Below are positions 1-9,789 of a stretch of 56,749 bases of DNA, in pieces (within the stretch, counting starts at the first letter, position 1; every line of letters starts with the position of its first letter). The position numbers were made by a program, and so were the translations under genes. The notes beneath the pieces are model-generated. The model saw only the letters and a program-made list of their open reading frames with translations. It did not search any database and was not told the DNA's origin. The DNA is from an uncultured Clostridium sp. (lineage in GTDB: Bacteria > Bacillota_I > Bacilli_A > RF39 > UBA660), in the NCBI GenBank assembly GCA_964490375.1, contig CAZBAZ010000001.1:18690-75438 (forward strand). Reading direction: 5' to 3'.

Positions 1-108
1 TCTGGAGTTGGTGCTACAGCAGGAGCAGGTGCTTCAACTACTGGTGCAGGTGCAACCTCTGGAGTTGGTGCTACAGCAGGAGCAGGTGCTTCAACCACTG
101 GTGCAGGT
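1..108. repeat. 57-bp coding tandem repeat (19-aa unit EVAPAPVVEAPAPAVAPTP)
   Basis: ggagttggtgctacagcaggagcaggtgcttcaac starts at both 4 and 61; about two copies are visible and the array may continue beyond the window. Confidence 0.85.
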
Positions 109-230
109 TCTTGAATATTTGTTACTTCTGGTGTAGGTGCAGGTGCAACAGGTTGCGTTGGTTGTGCATTTACATCAGTAGGTATAGTATTTTGGTTATT
201 TTCCCCCCCTATAGGATTATTTTCATTCAT
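1..230 (-). CDS. 5' part of a Pro/Ala/Val-rich low-complexity protein running off the left edge (MNENNPIGGENNQNTIPTDVNAQPTQPVAPAPTPEVTNIQEPAPVVEAPAPAVAPTP...)
   Basis: Manual translation of the minus strand from ATG at 230, with a purine-rich GGGAAG upstream; open to the window edge. Not in the ORF track because it is truncated. Confidence 0.75.
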   Translation of the reverse strand, partial: MNENNPIGGENNQNTIPTDVNAQPTQPVAPAPTPEVTNIQEPAPVVEAPAPAVAPTPEVAPAPVVEAPAPAVAPTP

Positions 231-372
231 TCTTCTTCCCTACTTTCTATTATATATTTTAGTTTAACATATTTTCATTTTAATGTAAATAAATAAAAGG
301 TTTTAGTGAGTCTAATTGTGACTAATCAGTTATCTTATCCTATAATTCAATTACAAAATCAAATGGTTTTCT

Positions 373-2355
373 TTATCTTTTATTACGCATTATTACAACT
401 CCTGAACCACCTGACCCAGCTTTTAAATAAAAGGCTTCGCCTCCATTACCAGTATTTGCTTCTCCTGAAGTGCCACTACATAATACACCTCCTATTTTTA
501 ATCCACAGCAGCCACCTTCGGCGTAGTTCTTTACACCATCGTTGCATCCTGTAGTTGTTCCTTCTCCAAATTCGCAAGTTGTACTTCCTTGTCCCTTGCC
601 AAATGTTGTAGGATAAGTTGGAGTTCCTTCATTGCAGTCAGACCAACCTCCTCCAGTGTTTCCACCTTCTCCACCATAAGAACAGTATCCACAGCATCCT
701 GGTGATATTGTACCAGTTTTACCGCCTTCAGCAGTCAAACCATTTATTATTGAATTATTTAATTTAACCGAACTACTTTTTCCATTATTACCACCACTGC
801 CACCAGCACCTATTTCAATTTTGTATGTGTTAGGCTGTAATGTAATACTTTTAACAGTTTTTGTATATCCGCCACCGCCGCCACCAGCAACACCTTTTTC
901 ATCTTCATAAGTAGTATTTCCGCCGCCGCCTCCGCCGACTAGGAAAACATCTACATTTAATGAAATCGTTGTTGTCAAGTTACCTGATGTTAAGAATCTA
1001 ACTTTCCAATTTTCATCTTCACATAATACTTCACAATTTCCGCTATACGTAAGATTATAATTTGAACCTTTTGACGTGTTACTACATTTATATGTCAAAT
1101 CACTGCATGCAATTTTATCAATTCTCCACTGAGCATATAATGTATGATTTTCTGTTCTTGTAACTTTTGTTGTACTTGTAACTTTTGTTCCCCCAGTTGT
1201 AGCTGTATACCAGCCTAAGAACGTGTATCCCTCTCTTGAAACTGTAGGCAATTCTCCATATGTGCTATCATATGTAACTTCTTTGCTAGCGTTTCCTTTT
1301 AATGTTCCACCACTAGCATTAAAACTTACTACATATGTATTTGCTGACCATACTGGTCTTACTTCACCCTCTTTTTTACTAGTATTTGTATTGTCGAATG
1401 CTATTTTGCTTAAAAAGTTTCCATTCTTATCTATAACTTCTTTTCCATTTGAATCATTATATCCTATAAGAGTATATCCAGTCTTACTTGAAACATCATC
1501 AAGGCCATCAATTTCCTCTCCATCTAAATCCTTATAATAGCCTACATCATATTTTAGGTAAAAAGTGCTAGGACTAGCCTTTGTTATATCTCCATCATCG
1601 ATTATTTTTAGTTTAAATACAGTTCCTGCTAATTGACTATCTTCTGAATATGTACTAGTAGAATACATTTTTATATCATATGTTCTATCTTCTGCATCAT
1701 ATCCATTATATGTTCTTACTATCACTGTTGCTAATTTGTTTTCATATCCATCTTTATTACTTTTATATGTATTATATTTTGTATCTAAACTTAAAAAACT
1801 ATATCCACTTATTGTACTAGATCCTAAACTGCCTGAGTCTATTTGAGTTTTGGTTTCTAGTTCAAATGTCTTTATATACTTAAGTTTCTTTTCTTTAGTT
1901 GTATCATAATAAACTAAACTTGTTTTTTTTGTTTCTATTATTCCAATTGCTTTTTTCCCATTACAATTACAATTTTCATTTGACTTATCAGAATTGTTTT
2001 TACAATAGTTTTGACATGTTTTTATCTTACCTTCATCTGTTTGACTACTAAAGTCTTCTGCAATTTCTATTATTTGTAGCTGCCTTTTATTTCCATTTCC
2101 TAGCATCATATCACAATTTAAATGATTTGCTGAACATGATACATTTTTTATTCCATCATTCTGTAATATATCATTATTTATTATTCTTGATGCTGCATTA
2201 CTATATACTAGTGCATTTGCATTCTCATTTACTGTACTATAATTTTCTCTTAGTTTTACTAGTGCCATAAGCATTGATACCATTACAACGCTTACTAATA
2301 CTATACTTACTATTAATTCGATTAGTGTAAATCCTTTTCTATTCATTTTCTTCAC
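373..2355 (-). CDS. Type IV pilin-like protein (prepilin N-methylation motif) with an InlB B-repeat and a C-terminal glycine-rich domain
   Basis: N-terminal RKG|FTLIELIV class III signal; YVVSFNASGG...GYTFLGWYT...TLYAQW Flg_new repeat; VGGGGGG...AGGGGGGY Gly-rich domain. Confidence 0.8.
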   Translation of the reverse strand: MKKMNRKGFTLIELIVSIVLVSVVMVSMLMALVKLRENYSTVNENANALVYSNAASRIINNDILQNDGIKNVSCSANHLNCDMMLGNGNKRQLQIIEIAEDFSSQTDEGKIKTCQNYCKNNSDKSNENCNCNGKKAIGIIETKKTSLVYYDTTKEKKLKYIKTFELETKTQIDSGSLGSSTISGYSFLSLDTKYNTYKSNKDGYENKLATVIVRTYNGYDAEDRTYDIKMYSTSTYSEDSQLAGTVFKLKIIDDGDITKASPSTFYLKYDVGYYKDLDGEEIDGLDDVSSKTGYTLIGYNDSNGKEVIDKNGNFLSKIAFDNTNTSKKEGEVRPVWSANTYVVSFNASGGTLKGNASKEVTYDSTYGELPTVSREGYTFLGWYTATTGGTKVTSTTKVTRTENHTLYAQWRIDKIACSDLTYKCSNTSKGSNYNLTYSGNCEVLCEDENWKVRFLTSGNLTTTISLNVDVFLVGGGGGGNTTYEDEKGVAGGGGGGYTKTVKSITLQPNTYKIEIGAGGSGGNNGKSSSVKLNNSIINGLTAEGGKTGTISPGCCGYCSYGGEGGNTGGGWSDCNEGTPTYPTTFGKGQGSTTCEFGEGTTTGCNDGVKNYAEGGCCGLKIGGVLCSGTSGEANTGNGGEAFYLKAGSGGSGVVIMRNKR

Positions 2356-2481
2356 CTATTATTAGAAAAATTATATCACAATTTTATAACGTTTTGTTAA
2401 AAAAGTATCATTTTTAAAATAAATTCATCTTCAAAAAATATACATTTTTATATATTCTAATTAAATTTTTTATACCAAGCT

Positions 2482-2519
2482 AAAATAAAATCCTCTACAA
2501 AATAGAGAATTTTATTTTT
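2482..2519 (-). terminator. Probable intrinsic terminator of the gpmI-like gene
   Basis: Inverted repeat aaaataaaat-cctcta-caaaa-tagag-aattttatttt overlapping the stop codon. Confidence 0.55.
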
Positions 2520-4020
2520 CATTTTTTATAATCAAACTATTTCCTGTCATTTCTTTTGGTTTACTAATTTCATATAAGTCAATTATTGTTGGAATAACAT
2601 CTTTTAGTGAACCTGTACTTTGTAGTTTTATATTTTCATTACATATTACAAAAGGTACTTTTGAATCTGTGTGACATGTGAGTATGTTTCCTGATTCATC
2701 TTTCATATATTCTATATTTCCGTGATCAGCAACAATTGCTAATTCATAAAAATTATCATTTGCTTTATCTAATATTTGCTTTGTACATACATCACAGGCT
2801 TCTAATGCTCTAACTGAGGCTGGGATATTTCCTGTATGAGCAATAGTATCTGGATTTGAAAAATTTGCAAGAATAAAATCAAAATCTTCATCTATTGCAT
2901 CAAGCACAGCTGTTGTTACTTCTGTTATATTCATTTCTGGTTTCATATCATATCTTGGAACTTTAGGAGATGGTACTAGTATTTTATATAAGTTTTTATC
3001 TGAAAATTCTTCTGCTCCATCAAAGAAATATGTTACGTGAGAATATTTTGACGCTTCTGCAATTCTTGCTTGTTTAAATTCTAAATCTGCTAAATACTTA
3101 CCAAATGTATTTGATAATGTTTCATTTGTAAATGCTCCTGTTATTTTATCATTTGTGCTATATAGTGACATAAACTTTACATTTTTATATTTTTTTGTGT
3201 TAAACATATTAAATGATTCATCTACAAATGCTGATATTAATTCATCACTTCTTTCAGGTCTAAAGTCTACAAATAGTACTCCATCATTATCTTTAATATT
3301 GCTCCCCTTTGTTATTACACTTGGATTTATATATTCATCACTTATATTATTTTTATAATGTAATTCTAAACATCTCATATAGTCTGAGAAATTATTTCCT
3401 ATATTATATGCCATGACATCGTATGCTTTTTTTACTCTATCATAATTTCCATCTGTATCTAAGGCATAATATCTTCCACTTAATGTTCCGATTGTACCTA
3501 AGCCTAATTTTTCAGCTTTTTGCATAAATGTACTAATATATTCAATACCTTTGGTTTTTAAATTATCTCTTCCGTCCGTTATGAAATGGAATACTACACT
3601 TTTAACATTTCTTATTTTTGCTAATGCTAGTGTAGCATAGAAGTGGTCAATACATGAATGAACTCCACCATTTGAAACCACTCCAACTAAATGAAGTGTC
3701 GAAGCATTTTCATTTACATGATCCATTAAATCTAATAAATTATCATTTTCAAAAAAACTTTTGTCTTTAATACTATTATTTATTATTGTGTATGGTTGCG
3801 TTACTGTTCTTCCTGACCCTATAGTCATGTGTCCTACTTCACAATTACCCGGTTGGCTCTTTGGTAATCCAACTACTTCTCCACTTGCTTCTAGTTGACT
3901 AACAGAGTATTCTTTAAAAATATGTGCTAAATTAGGTAAACTTGCCATTTTAATAGCATTTCCATTATTATTTTCTCTTATTCCAAAGCCATCTAAAATT
4001 AATAAAATAATTTTTTTCAT
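2512..4020 (-). CDS. gpmI: 2,3-bisphosphoglycerate-independent phosphoglycerate mutase homolog with non-canonical active site (Ser->Cys)
   Basis: ILDGFG, GNCEVGH, GGVHS, TDGRD, SGRYY, FRPER, NPDTIAHTG and ADHGN motifs over about 500 aa. Confidence 0.85.
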   Translation of the reverse strand: MKKIILLILDGFGIRENNNGNAIKMASLPNLAHIFKEYSVSQLEASGEVVGLPKSQPGNCEVGHMTIGSGRTVTQPYTIINNSIKDKSFFENDNLLDLMDHVNENASTLHLVGVVSNGGVHSCIDHFYATLALAKIRNVKSVVFHFITDGRDNLKTKGIEYISTFMQKAEKLGLGTIGTLSGRYYALDTDGNYDRVKKAYDVMAYNIGNNFSDYMRCLELHYKNNISDEYINPSVITKGSNIKDNDGVLFVDFRPERSDELISAFVDESFNMFNTKKYKNVKFMSLYSTNDKITGAFTNETLSNTFGKYLADLEFKQARIAEASKYSHVTYFFDGAEEFSDKNLYKILVPSPKVPRYDMKPEMNITEVTTAVLDAIDEDFDFILANFSNPDTIAHTGNIPASVRALEACDVCTKQILDKANDNFYELAIVADHGNIEYMKDESGNILTCHTDSKVPFVICNENIKLQSTGSLKDVIPTIIDLYEISKPKEMTGNSLIIKNEK

Positions 4021-4084
4021 ATTTTTCTCCTGTTAATATTCTAACATAATATAATAAATTATAAAAGAAAAAAACTTAATATGA

Positions 4085-4846
4085 TTAGTTATGATTAATC
4101 ATATCAAGTCTTAATTTATCTGCTAAAGTAACTATAAATTCTGAATTTGTTGGCTTTGCTCTATCAATATCTACACTATGACCAAATATTTCATCCATTA
4201 AATCTATATCTCCTCTAAGCCATGAGACTTCAATAGCGTGTCTTATTGCTCTTTCTACTCTTTGAGTTGATGTATTAAATTTAACTGATAAGTCTGGATA
4301 CAATTCTTTTGTTATTCCACCTATAAATCCAGGATTTCCATATACCATTAGAATAGCTGATCTTATATACTGGTATCCTTTTATGTGGGATGGAATACCT
4401 AAAGCATGCAATAGATTAGTTACTTGAATTTGAATATCTTTACTTTGAATTTCAGAAATTTGATTTTTATTTCTTTCACTATTATAAATATCTAATACTT
4501 TATTTTTTATACTTTCTAATTCAAATGGTTTTAATACATAATACTTAACTCCATATTCACTTACTTTTCTTATTATTTCTTCATCATTAAATGAAGTCAT
4601 CATAATAACTTTACCTTTACTATTATGTTCTTTCATATATTTTAATACGTCAATACCATCTTTTACTGGCATTATTAAATCTAATAACATAATATCAAAA
4701 TCTAAATTTTCATCTAACATTTTTATTGCTTTCATACCATCTGATGCATCAGCAACCACTTCTATTTCATTTCCTCCATTAAAGTACTTCTTTACTAAAT
4801 TTACTGTCCCTGCATTATCATCTACTACGAATACTTTAACTTTCAT
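4085..4846 (-). CDS. spo0A: Sporulation master regulator Spo0A
   Basis: Receiver domain (VVDD; LLDLIMPVKDG) plus Spo0A C-terminal domain (IPSHIKGYQY, RVERAIRHAIEV, KPTNSEFI). Confidence 0.95.
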   Translation of the reverse strand: MKVKVFVVDDNAGTVNLVKKYFNGGNEIEVVADASDGMKAIKMLDENLDFDIMLLDLIMPVKDGIDVLKYMKEHNSKGKVIMMTSFNDEEIIRKVSEYGVKYYVLKPFELESIKNKVLDIYNSERNKNQISEIQSKDIQIQVTNLLHALGIPSHIKGYQYIRSAILMVYGNPGFIGGITKELYPDLSVKFNTSTQRVERAIRHAIEVSWLRGDIDLMDEIFGHSVDIDRAKPTNSEFIVTLADKLRLDMINHN

Positions 4847-4874
4847 TTTTTCTCCTTTATTTTTCTTTTAATTT

Positions 4875-4951
4875 ATTATAGTACATTAATTATATATATT
4901 TCTACAGGAGATTTTGTCTTTATTTGCATAATTGTGTAATCTTTTGTCGAA
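4875..4951 (-). promoter_or_regulatory. spo0A promoter region with a consensus 0A box
   Basis: TATAAT on the minus strand at 4875-4880; TGTCGAA at 4945-4951; one-mismatch TTCTACA at 4900-4906. Confidence 0.55.
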
Positions 4952-4978
4952 AAAAAATTCTAAATATAAAATTTAGAA

Positions 4979-5683
4979 TTAATTTAACTCATTTATAATA
5001 GATTTTAGTTCATCAATATTGATACTTGATTTTCCTAAAAGAATACCATCACTAGCATCAAATACATTTTTTACATTTTCTTTAGTTATAGAGCCACCAT
5101 AATATACTTCTACATCTAAATTATATTTTGTTTTAATATATTCTTTTATTTGAATAATTGTTTTTGTTATTTTATCAATACATTGTATTTCTCCACTACC
5201 TATAGCCCAGTTTGGTTCATATACAATAGATAAATATTTTAAATTTAAAGGTTCAATAGATTTTAAATAATAATTTAATTCTTTTTTGATATAGTTAAAT
5301 GGTTTTTTTGTTTTTTTATATTCTCCTACACAAAGAATAGTGTTAAATTTATTACTTAATGATTTGAATAGTTTTTCTTTTGTCATTTCTTTTGTTTCTT
5401 CTATGAATTTTCTTCTTTCATAGTGACCAATTAATGTATATGAAACATTTATGTCTTTTAAAGATTCTAGATTTAATTCTCCAGTGAATGAACCCATTTT
5501 TGAACTAAAAAAATTTTGTGTTCCTACACTATATTTAGCATCTTTAAATAGTGTTAAATATAATATAGGAGGAAATAATATAAAATCATAGTTTATATTA
5601 TTGATGTTATCAAAATCATTTTTGAAGTTTATCATATCATTATATAATAAATAACTTTTTTGATTTAGAATTACCTTTTTCAT
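4979..5683 (-). CDS. tpiA: Triosephosphate isomerase (divergent)
   Basis: NQK, GHYERR, YEPNWAIG and YGGS motifs retain the catalytic Lys/His/Glu; directly downstream of pgk with a 4-bp overlap. Confidence 0.9.
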   Translation of the reverse strand: MKKVILNQKSYLLYNDMINFKNDFDNINNINYDFILFPPILYLTLFKDAKYSVGTQNFFSSKMGSFTGELNLESLKDINVSYTLIGHYERRKFIEETKEMTKEKLFKSLSNKFNTILCVGEYKKTKKPFNYIKKELNYYLKSIEPLNLKYLSIVYEPNWAIGSGEIQCIDKITKTIIQIKEYIKTKYNLDVEVYYGGSITKENVKNVFDASDGILLGKSSINIDELKSIINELN

Positions 5684-6828
5684 TTATTTATACCATTTAA
5701 TCTTTCTAGTGTTTTGAATTTTTTTCCTTCTAAGTATTCTAGTGTTGAACCTCCACCTGTTGAAACATAGTATAATTCTATATTAAAGTATTTTGAGGCT
5801 CCTGTTATATCTCCTCCTGCTAGGATTGTATTAAACTTTTGTTTTTTTAAAAATTGCATTACTTTTTTAGTACCATTTTCATATTCTTTATCTTCATATT
5901 TACCAAGTGGACCATTCCATAATACTAATTTGCTTGTTTTTAATTCTTCTGTAAAGAGTTTTATAGTTTTAGGACCAATATCATATCCAATATCATCATC
6001 ACTCATATCTTCTATATTTTTAATTCCATTTTGAGTTACAACATCTATTGGAAGAATGATAGTATTTGGATATTTTTTTAATAATTTTTTTGCATAATCA
6101 ATATTTTCTTCACTTAATATACTTTCTCCAATATTATATCCTTTAGCTTTTAAGAATGTAAAACACATTCCACCACCTAGTAATACTTTATCAGATTTTT
6201 TTATTAAATTATTTATTACTCCTATTTTATCCTCTACTTTTGCTCCACCTAAAATTAGAGTTTTATTTTGTTTTAATGCTTTATCTAAGATAGTCGTTTC
6301 ATTTTGTACTAAAAATCCAGCATATGATGGTAAATATTTAGATATACCATAAGTTGAAGCATGGCATCTATGAGCACTTCCAAATGCATCCAATACAAAT
6401 ATATCTCCTAGACTAGCCCAATATTTAGATAGTTTTTCATCACATGAACTTTCTAATGTTTTTGGATAGTCTTCCCATCTAGTGTTTTCTATAACTGCAA
6501 TTTCTCCTTCGCATAAGTTATCCAAAGTTGTTTCTAAGAGTTCTCCTCTTGTTTTAGGAATAAAGTATACTGGAGTATTTACTAATGTAGATAAATGTTT
6601 AGCTACTATTCTAAGTGAATTCTTTTTCTTGTCTTCTTCTGTCTTAACTCTTCCTAAATGAGATAATAAAATTACTTTAGCTTTCTTTTCTACTAGATAA
6701 TTAATAGTTGTAAGACTACTTACTATTCTATTATCATCTAATATTTTCCCATCCTTAAATGGAATATTAAAATCAACTCTTACTATTACTCTTTTACCTT
6801 TTACACTAGCACTTTTAATACTTTTCAT
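5680..6828 (-). CDS. pgk: Phosphoglycerate kinase
   Basis: RVDFN, SHLGR, AHRCHAS, GGAKVEDKI, DIGPKT, WNGP and STGGG motifs. Confidence 0.97.
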   Translation of the reverse strand: MKSIKSASVKGKRVIVRVDFNIPFKDGKILDDNRIVSSLTTINYLVEKKAKVILLSHLGRVKTEEDKKKNSLRIVAKHLSTLVNTPVYFIPKTRGELLETTLDNLCEGEIAVIENTRWEDYPKTLESSCDEKLSKYWASLGDIFVLDAFGSAHRCHASTYGISKYLPSYAGFLVQNETTILDKALKQNKTLILGGAKVEDKIGVINNLIKKSDKVLLGGGMCFTFLKAKGYNIGESILSEENIDYAKKLLKKYPNTIILPIDVVTQNGIKNIEDMSDDDIGYDIGPKTIKLFTEELKTSKLVLWNGPLGKYEDKEYENGTKKVMQFLKKQKFNTILAGGDITGASKYFNIELYYVSTGGGSTLEYLEGKKFKTLERLNGINK

Positions 6829-6837
6829 TTTTTATAC

Positions 6838-7392
6838 CTACCTTTCTGTTTCTATGTATAATTTTTTAGCATCTTCTTCTAGTCTTTCTAAAGTTGTGTT
6901 TACAATTTCCACATCATAATCTGTAAAGTCATCTAAATCCACTTCTGTTTTATGTTTCTTTTGTTCCTCGGTTAATCCATTATCAAAGTCAGGTCTTAAT
7001 ATATGAACTACTTTTGCATTTGGATATGAAGCTTTTAAATCGTGTATTTCTTTTTTTAGTCTAACATCACTTATTATTATAGCATCATAGAAGCATGAGA
7101 ATACATCTATATCATCTATCATTCTATTAATGAATAAATCTTCTTTTTGCAAATATTCTCTTATAACACTTGTTCCTAATTGTTGGAGTAATTCTCTAGG
7201 CTTAGTTTCTTCACTTAAATCCCATCCGGTCATTTCTCTTGCATAATATTTTATGTATTTTGACAATTGAGTTACTATAATTTTCTTTCCATTATCTTCA
7301 TATGCTTTCTTTAAGAATGCTGAGAATGTATCTTTCCCATGTTTTGCTTTTCCACACATTAAGTAAATTGTTGGATTTTTCTTTTCTATCAT
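6838..7392 (-). CDS. P-loop kinase resembling dNMP-kinase / animal-type phosphomevalonate kinase folds
   Basis: CGKAKHGKDT P-loop; KPRELLQQLGT; IISDVR. Substrate unknown. Confidence 0.6.
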   Translation of the reverse strand: MIEKKNPTIYLMCGKAKHGKDTFSAFLKKAYEDNGKKIIVTQLSKYIKYYAREMTGWDLSEETKPRELLQQLGTSVIREYLQKEDLFINRMIDDIDVFSCFYDAIIISDVRLKKEIHDLKASYPNAKVVHILRPDFDNGLTEEQKKHKTEVDLDDFTDYDVEIVNTTLERLEEDAKKLYIETER

Positions 7393-8429
7393 TATTCCTC
7401 CTCTTCATCTTTTGATAAAATCATCCATGCATTTGGTAGTCTTCTTTCACCTGAATATCCATAGCCTTGTGGATTATTAATTAAGGCTCCTTTTCCATCT
7501 TTTACAGCATATAATGCACTTGAACCACCACCATCTAAGTTAGCTGCGTTATATGCTTTATATTTAACAAACAATTCTGCTAATTCTGGCATTGATATTC
7601 CTACAGAAGATGATGTTCTACCATCAATAACTACAAATAAAACTATTCCATCTTGTCTTTGACCAATCGCACTTCTATTAGCTATTCCCCAACCACCATT
7701 TCCTTTAAATGTTGATTTTTTTCCATTTATAACTAAGAATGGGCCAAATTCTACTGCTCTATCCATACCATCTTTGATAGCTTCTTCTGCCGACTTTTTA
7801 GTAAGCATTAATACATTATCTTTTGTAAATCCAATTAATCCTCCACCTTTATTAATACTTCTTCCAACATCATAAACTTTTCCATCTTTAATAACTGTTC
7901 CAGTAACTCTATTACTTCCAGGTATTGAATTAACTCCTGATGCATTCATTGCTATTAAAGCATTGGCATCACTTGCCATTGTTGAAAGGTAATCTCCACC
8001 TTTACCATAATTTTTTGAGAATACTAGTTCTACATCAGCTGGGTCATATACAACAATCATATATCCTTTCCAACCTTTACCGCTTATATCTAATATTTTA
8101 TATCTATCATCTTCATTTTCTTTCTTCAAGATTTGTTCTTCATAAATAGATTCATAAGTATCTGATTCAAAATCTGGATTGAAAGTTATTTTTGATGTGT
8201 CTGTTGGATCATCTGATTCAATTACTTTATTGTTATCTAACACCTCTTGTACTTCTTCTTCACTATAAAATACATATGCAAAGTAATGATGTGACTTTGT
8301 TGTCATGGCTGTTGTTACCCAAAAATCCCTAAAGAATGAAAATGGGCCATATACTACAAAGAAACTTATTAAGGCTAGAACATCTATAACAATTAAAAAC
8401 ACTATAAATTTACTTTTTTTCTTTTTCAT
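7392..8429 (-). CDS. Phosphodiester glycosidase (NAGPA/DUF2233, EpsL-like), membrane-anchored
   Basis: N-terminal TM helix; AMNASG, FGPFLVING, NRSAIGQRQDG, VIDGR and NLDGGGSS motifs. Confidence 0.85.
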   Translation of the reverse strand: MKKKKSKFIVFLIVIDVLALISFFVVYGPFSFFRDFWVTTAMTTKSHHYFAYVFYSEEEVQEVLDNNKVIESDDPTDTSKITFNPDFESDTYESIYEEQILKKENEDDRYKILDISGKGWKGYMIVVYDPADVELVFSKNYGKGGDYLSTMASDANALIAMNASGVNSIPGSNRVTGTVIKDGKVYDVGRSINKGGGLIGFTKDNVLMLTKKSAEEAIKDGMDRAVEFGPFLVINGKKSTFKGNGGWGIANRSAIGQRQDGIVLFVVIDGRTSSSVGISMPELAELFVKYKAYNAANLDGGGSSALYAVKDGKGALINNPQGYGYSGERRLPNAWMILSKDEEEE

Positions 8430-8430
8430 T

Positions 8431-9780
8431 TTATTCTCCTAGTACAAATGGATTATTAAGTGTTCCAGTTCCATTTTTTATTTTTAAATCATTTTTTAAG
8501 TTAAATGCTATTCTAATATTATATTTTGATGTAATATTATCTCCAAATACTGTACCATTTTCTTTAATAACATTTATTATTAAATCAGATTCTATTCCTC
8601 TTGTTAAAGTAAATACATTTTTAACATCACCTATGAAATTATCTGATATGTTTAGCATACCTATTTTCATAGTCACTTTTTCGTCTTCTAATGCAGTATA
8701 GTCTAAGTTATCTAGCGCTAACTTCCCAATATTCCATGAAGATTCTACTATATTTTCATTATTATTTAACATATTTAAAACGTCTTTATTTAGATATAAA
8801 CCTAAGCCAGTTTTAACATTAATTTTACTTGAGGTACTATCAAATGTTGTTTCAATTAATTTATTATCCTTTGTTAATGCTTCTGTACTTGCAACTCTTA
8901 CACTATCTGTTTCTTTTTCTATAACTCTATATTTGATTCCATCCAATTCAATATAATTTCCTACATAAACATCTTTTAATTCATTAATATCATGTTTTTC
9001 TACTACATATGGATTATCTTTCGAACCATTTCCACTTAGTAATTCTGTTTTTGATGATAAAGTTATAACAGGTCTAACTCCATGAATTTTAGTACTTACT
9101 TGATCTTTTGCTATTTCTCCAGTTTCAGTTATAAAATATGTTTCATTAGAAGAATCAGTTGTTGATAAATAATATGTTTCTCCATTATTTAAGAAACTTG
9201 ATTTACCACCTGCATTATAATAATCATAAAGTGATAATATTGTAACTTTATTTGACATATTTAAATTTTCACATGTTATTTTCGTCATATCATCAATTTT
9301 ATCTTCACATCTAAATGAATTAGTTAATAAATCAAACCCATATAAATCTTTAGTAAATTTTGATTTTTCTGTATCATTTAACCACTTATTAACATATGAA
9401 TCATCATAGCCTTTTTCTAATCCTGAATACATCATAGTAATAACATTTTCACTAATGGCTCTTATATTTTTTTCATTATCAATACCTAAAATCCTATATA
9501 AATTTCCTGAATATATAAGATAGTTATTATCAACATCGCCTTTATACGTATAAGAAGTTTTATCATCATTTTTTACTAAACCTTTTGTTAAATCTACATA
9601 GCTTTCATCTTTTAACACTTTATCAACAAGTAAATTTGTATTATTTGAATCACTTTCACCATTTTCTAACTTATAGTATTTAATAAGTCTAAATGTGTAA
9701 AATCCTATTATAAATAATAATAGGAAAATATTTATTGTAACCAAGACAGGAGTGATTTTTAGTACTTTTCTTCTAGACAT
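8431..9780 (-). CDS. Membrane-anchored protein with two DUF6273-like domains
   Basis: N-terminal TM; duplicated Y..RILG/YRVI...S..N..LN...GVRP/NIR...G.G+..NP+ pattern. Confidence 0.55.
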   Translation of the reverse strand: MSRRKVLKITPVLVTINIFLLLFIIGFYTFRLIKYYKLENGESDSNNTNLLVDKVLKDESYVDLTKGLVKNDDKTSYTYKGDVDNNYLIYSGNLYRILGIDNEKNIRAISENVITMMYSGLEKGYDDSYVNKWLNDTEKSKFTKDLYGFDLLTNSFRCEDKIDDMTKITCENLNMSNKVTILSLYDYYNAGGKSSFLNNGETYYLSTTDSSNETYFITETGEIAKDQVSTKIHGVRPVITLSSKTELLSGNGSKDNPYVVEKHDINELKDVYVGNYIELDGIKYRVIEKETDSVRVASTEALTKDNKLIETTFDSTSSKINVKTGLGLYLNKDVLNMLNNNENIVESSWNIGKLALDNLDYTALEDEKVTMKIGMLNISDNFIGDVKNVFTLTRGIESDLIINVIKENGTVFGDNITSKYNIRIAFNLKNDLKIKNGTGTLNNPFVLGE

Positions 9781-9789
9781 AATTTACCT

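Noticed and set aside
4979-6828. tpiA and pgk as possibly inactive because of divergence
   Set aside because: Catalytic Lys/His/Glu of TPI and the substrate and nucleotide motifs of PGK are retained.
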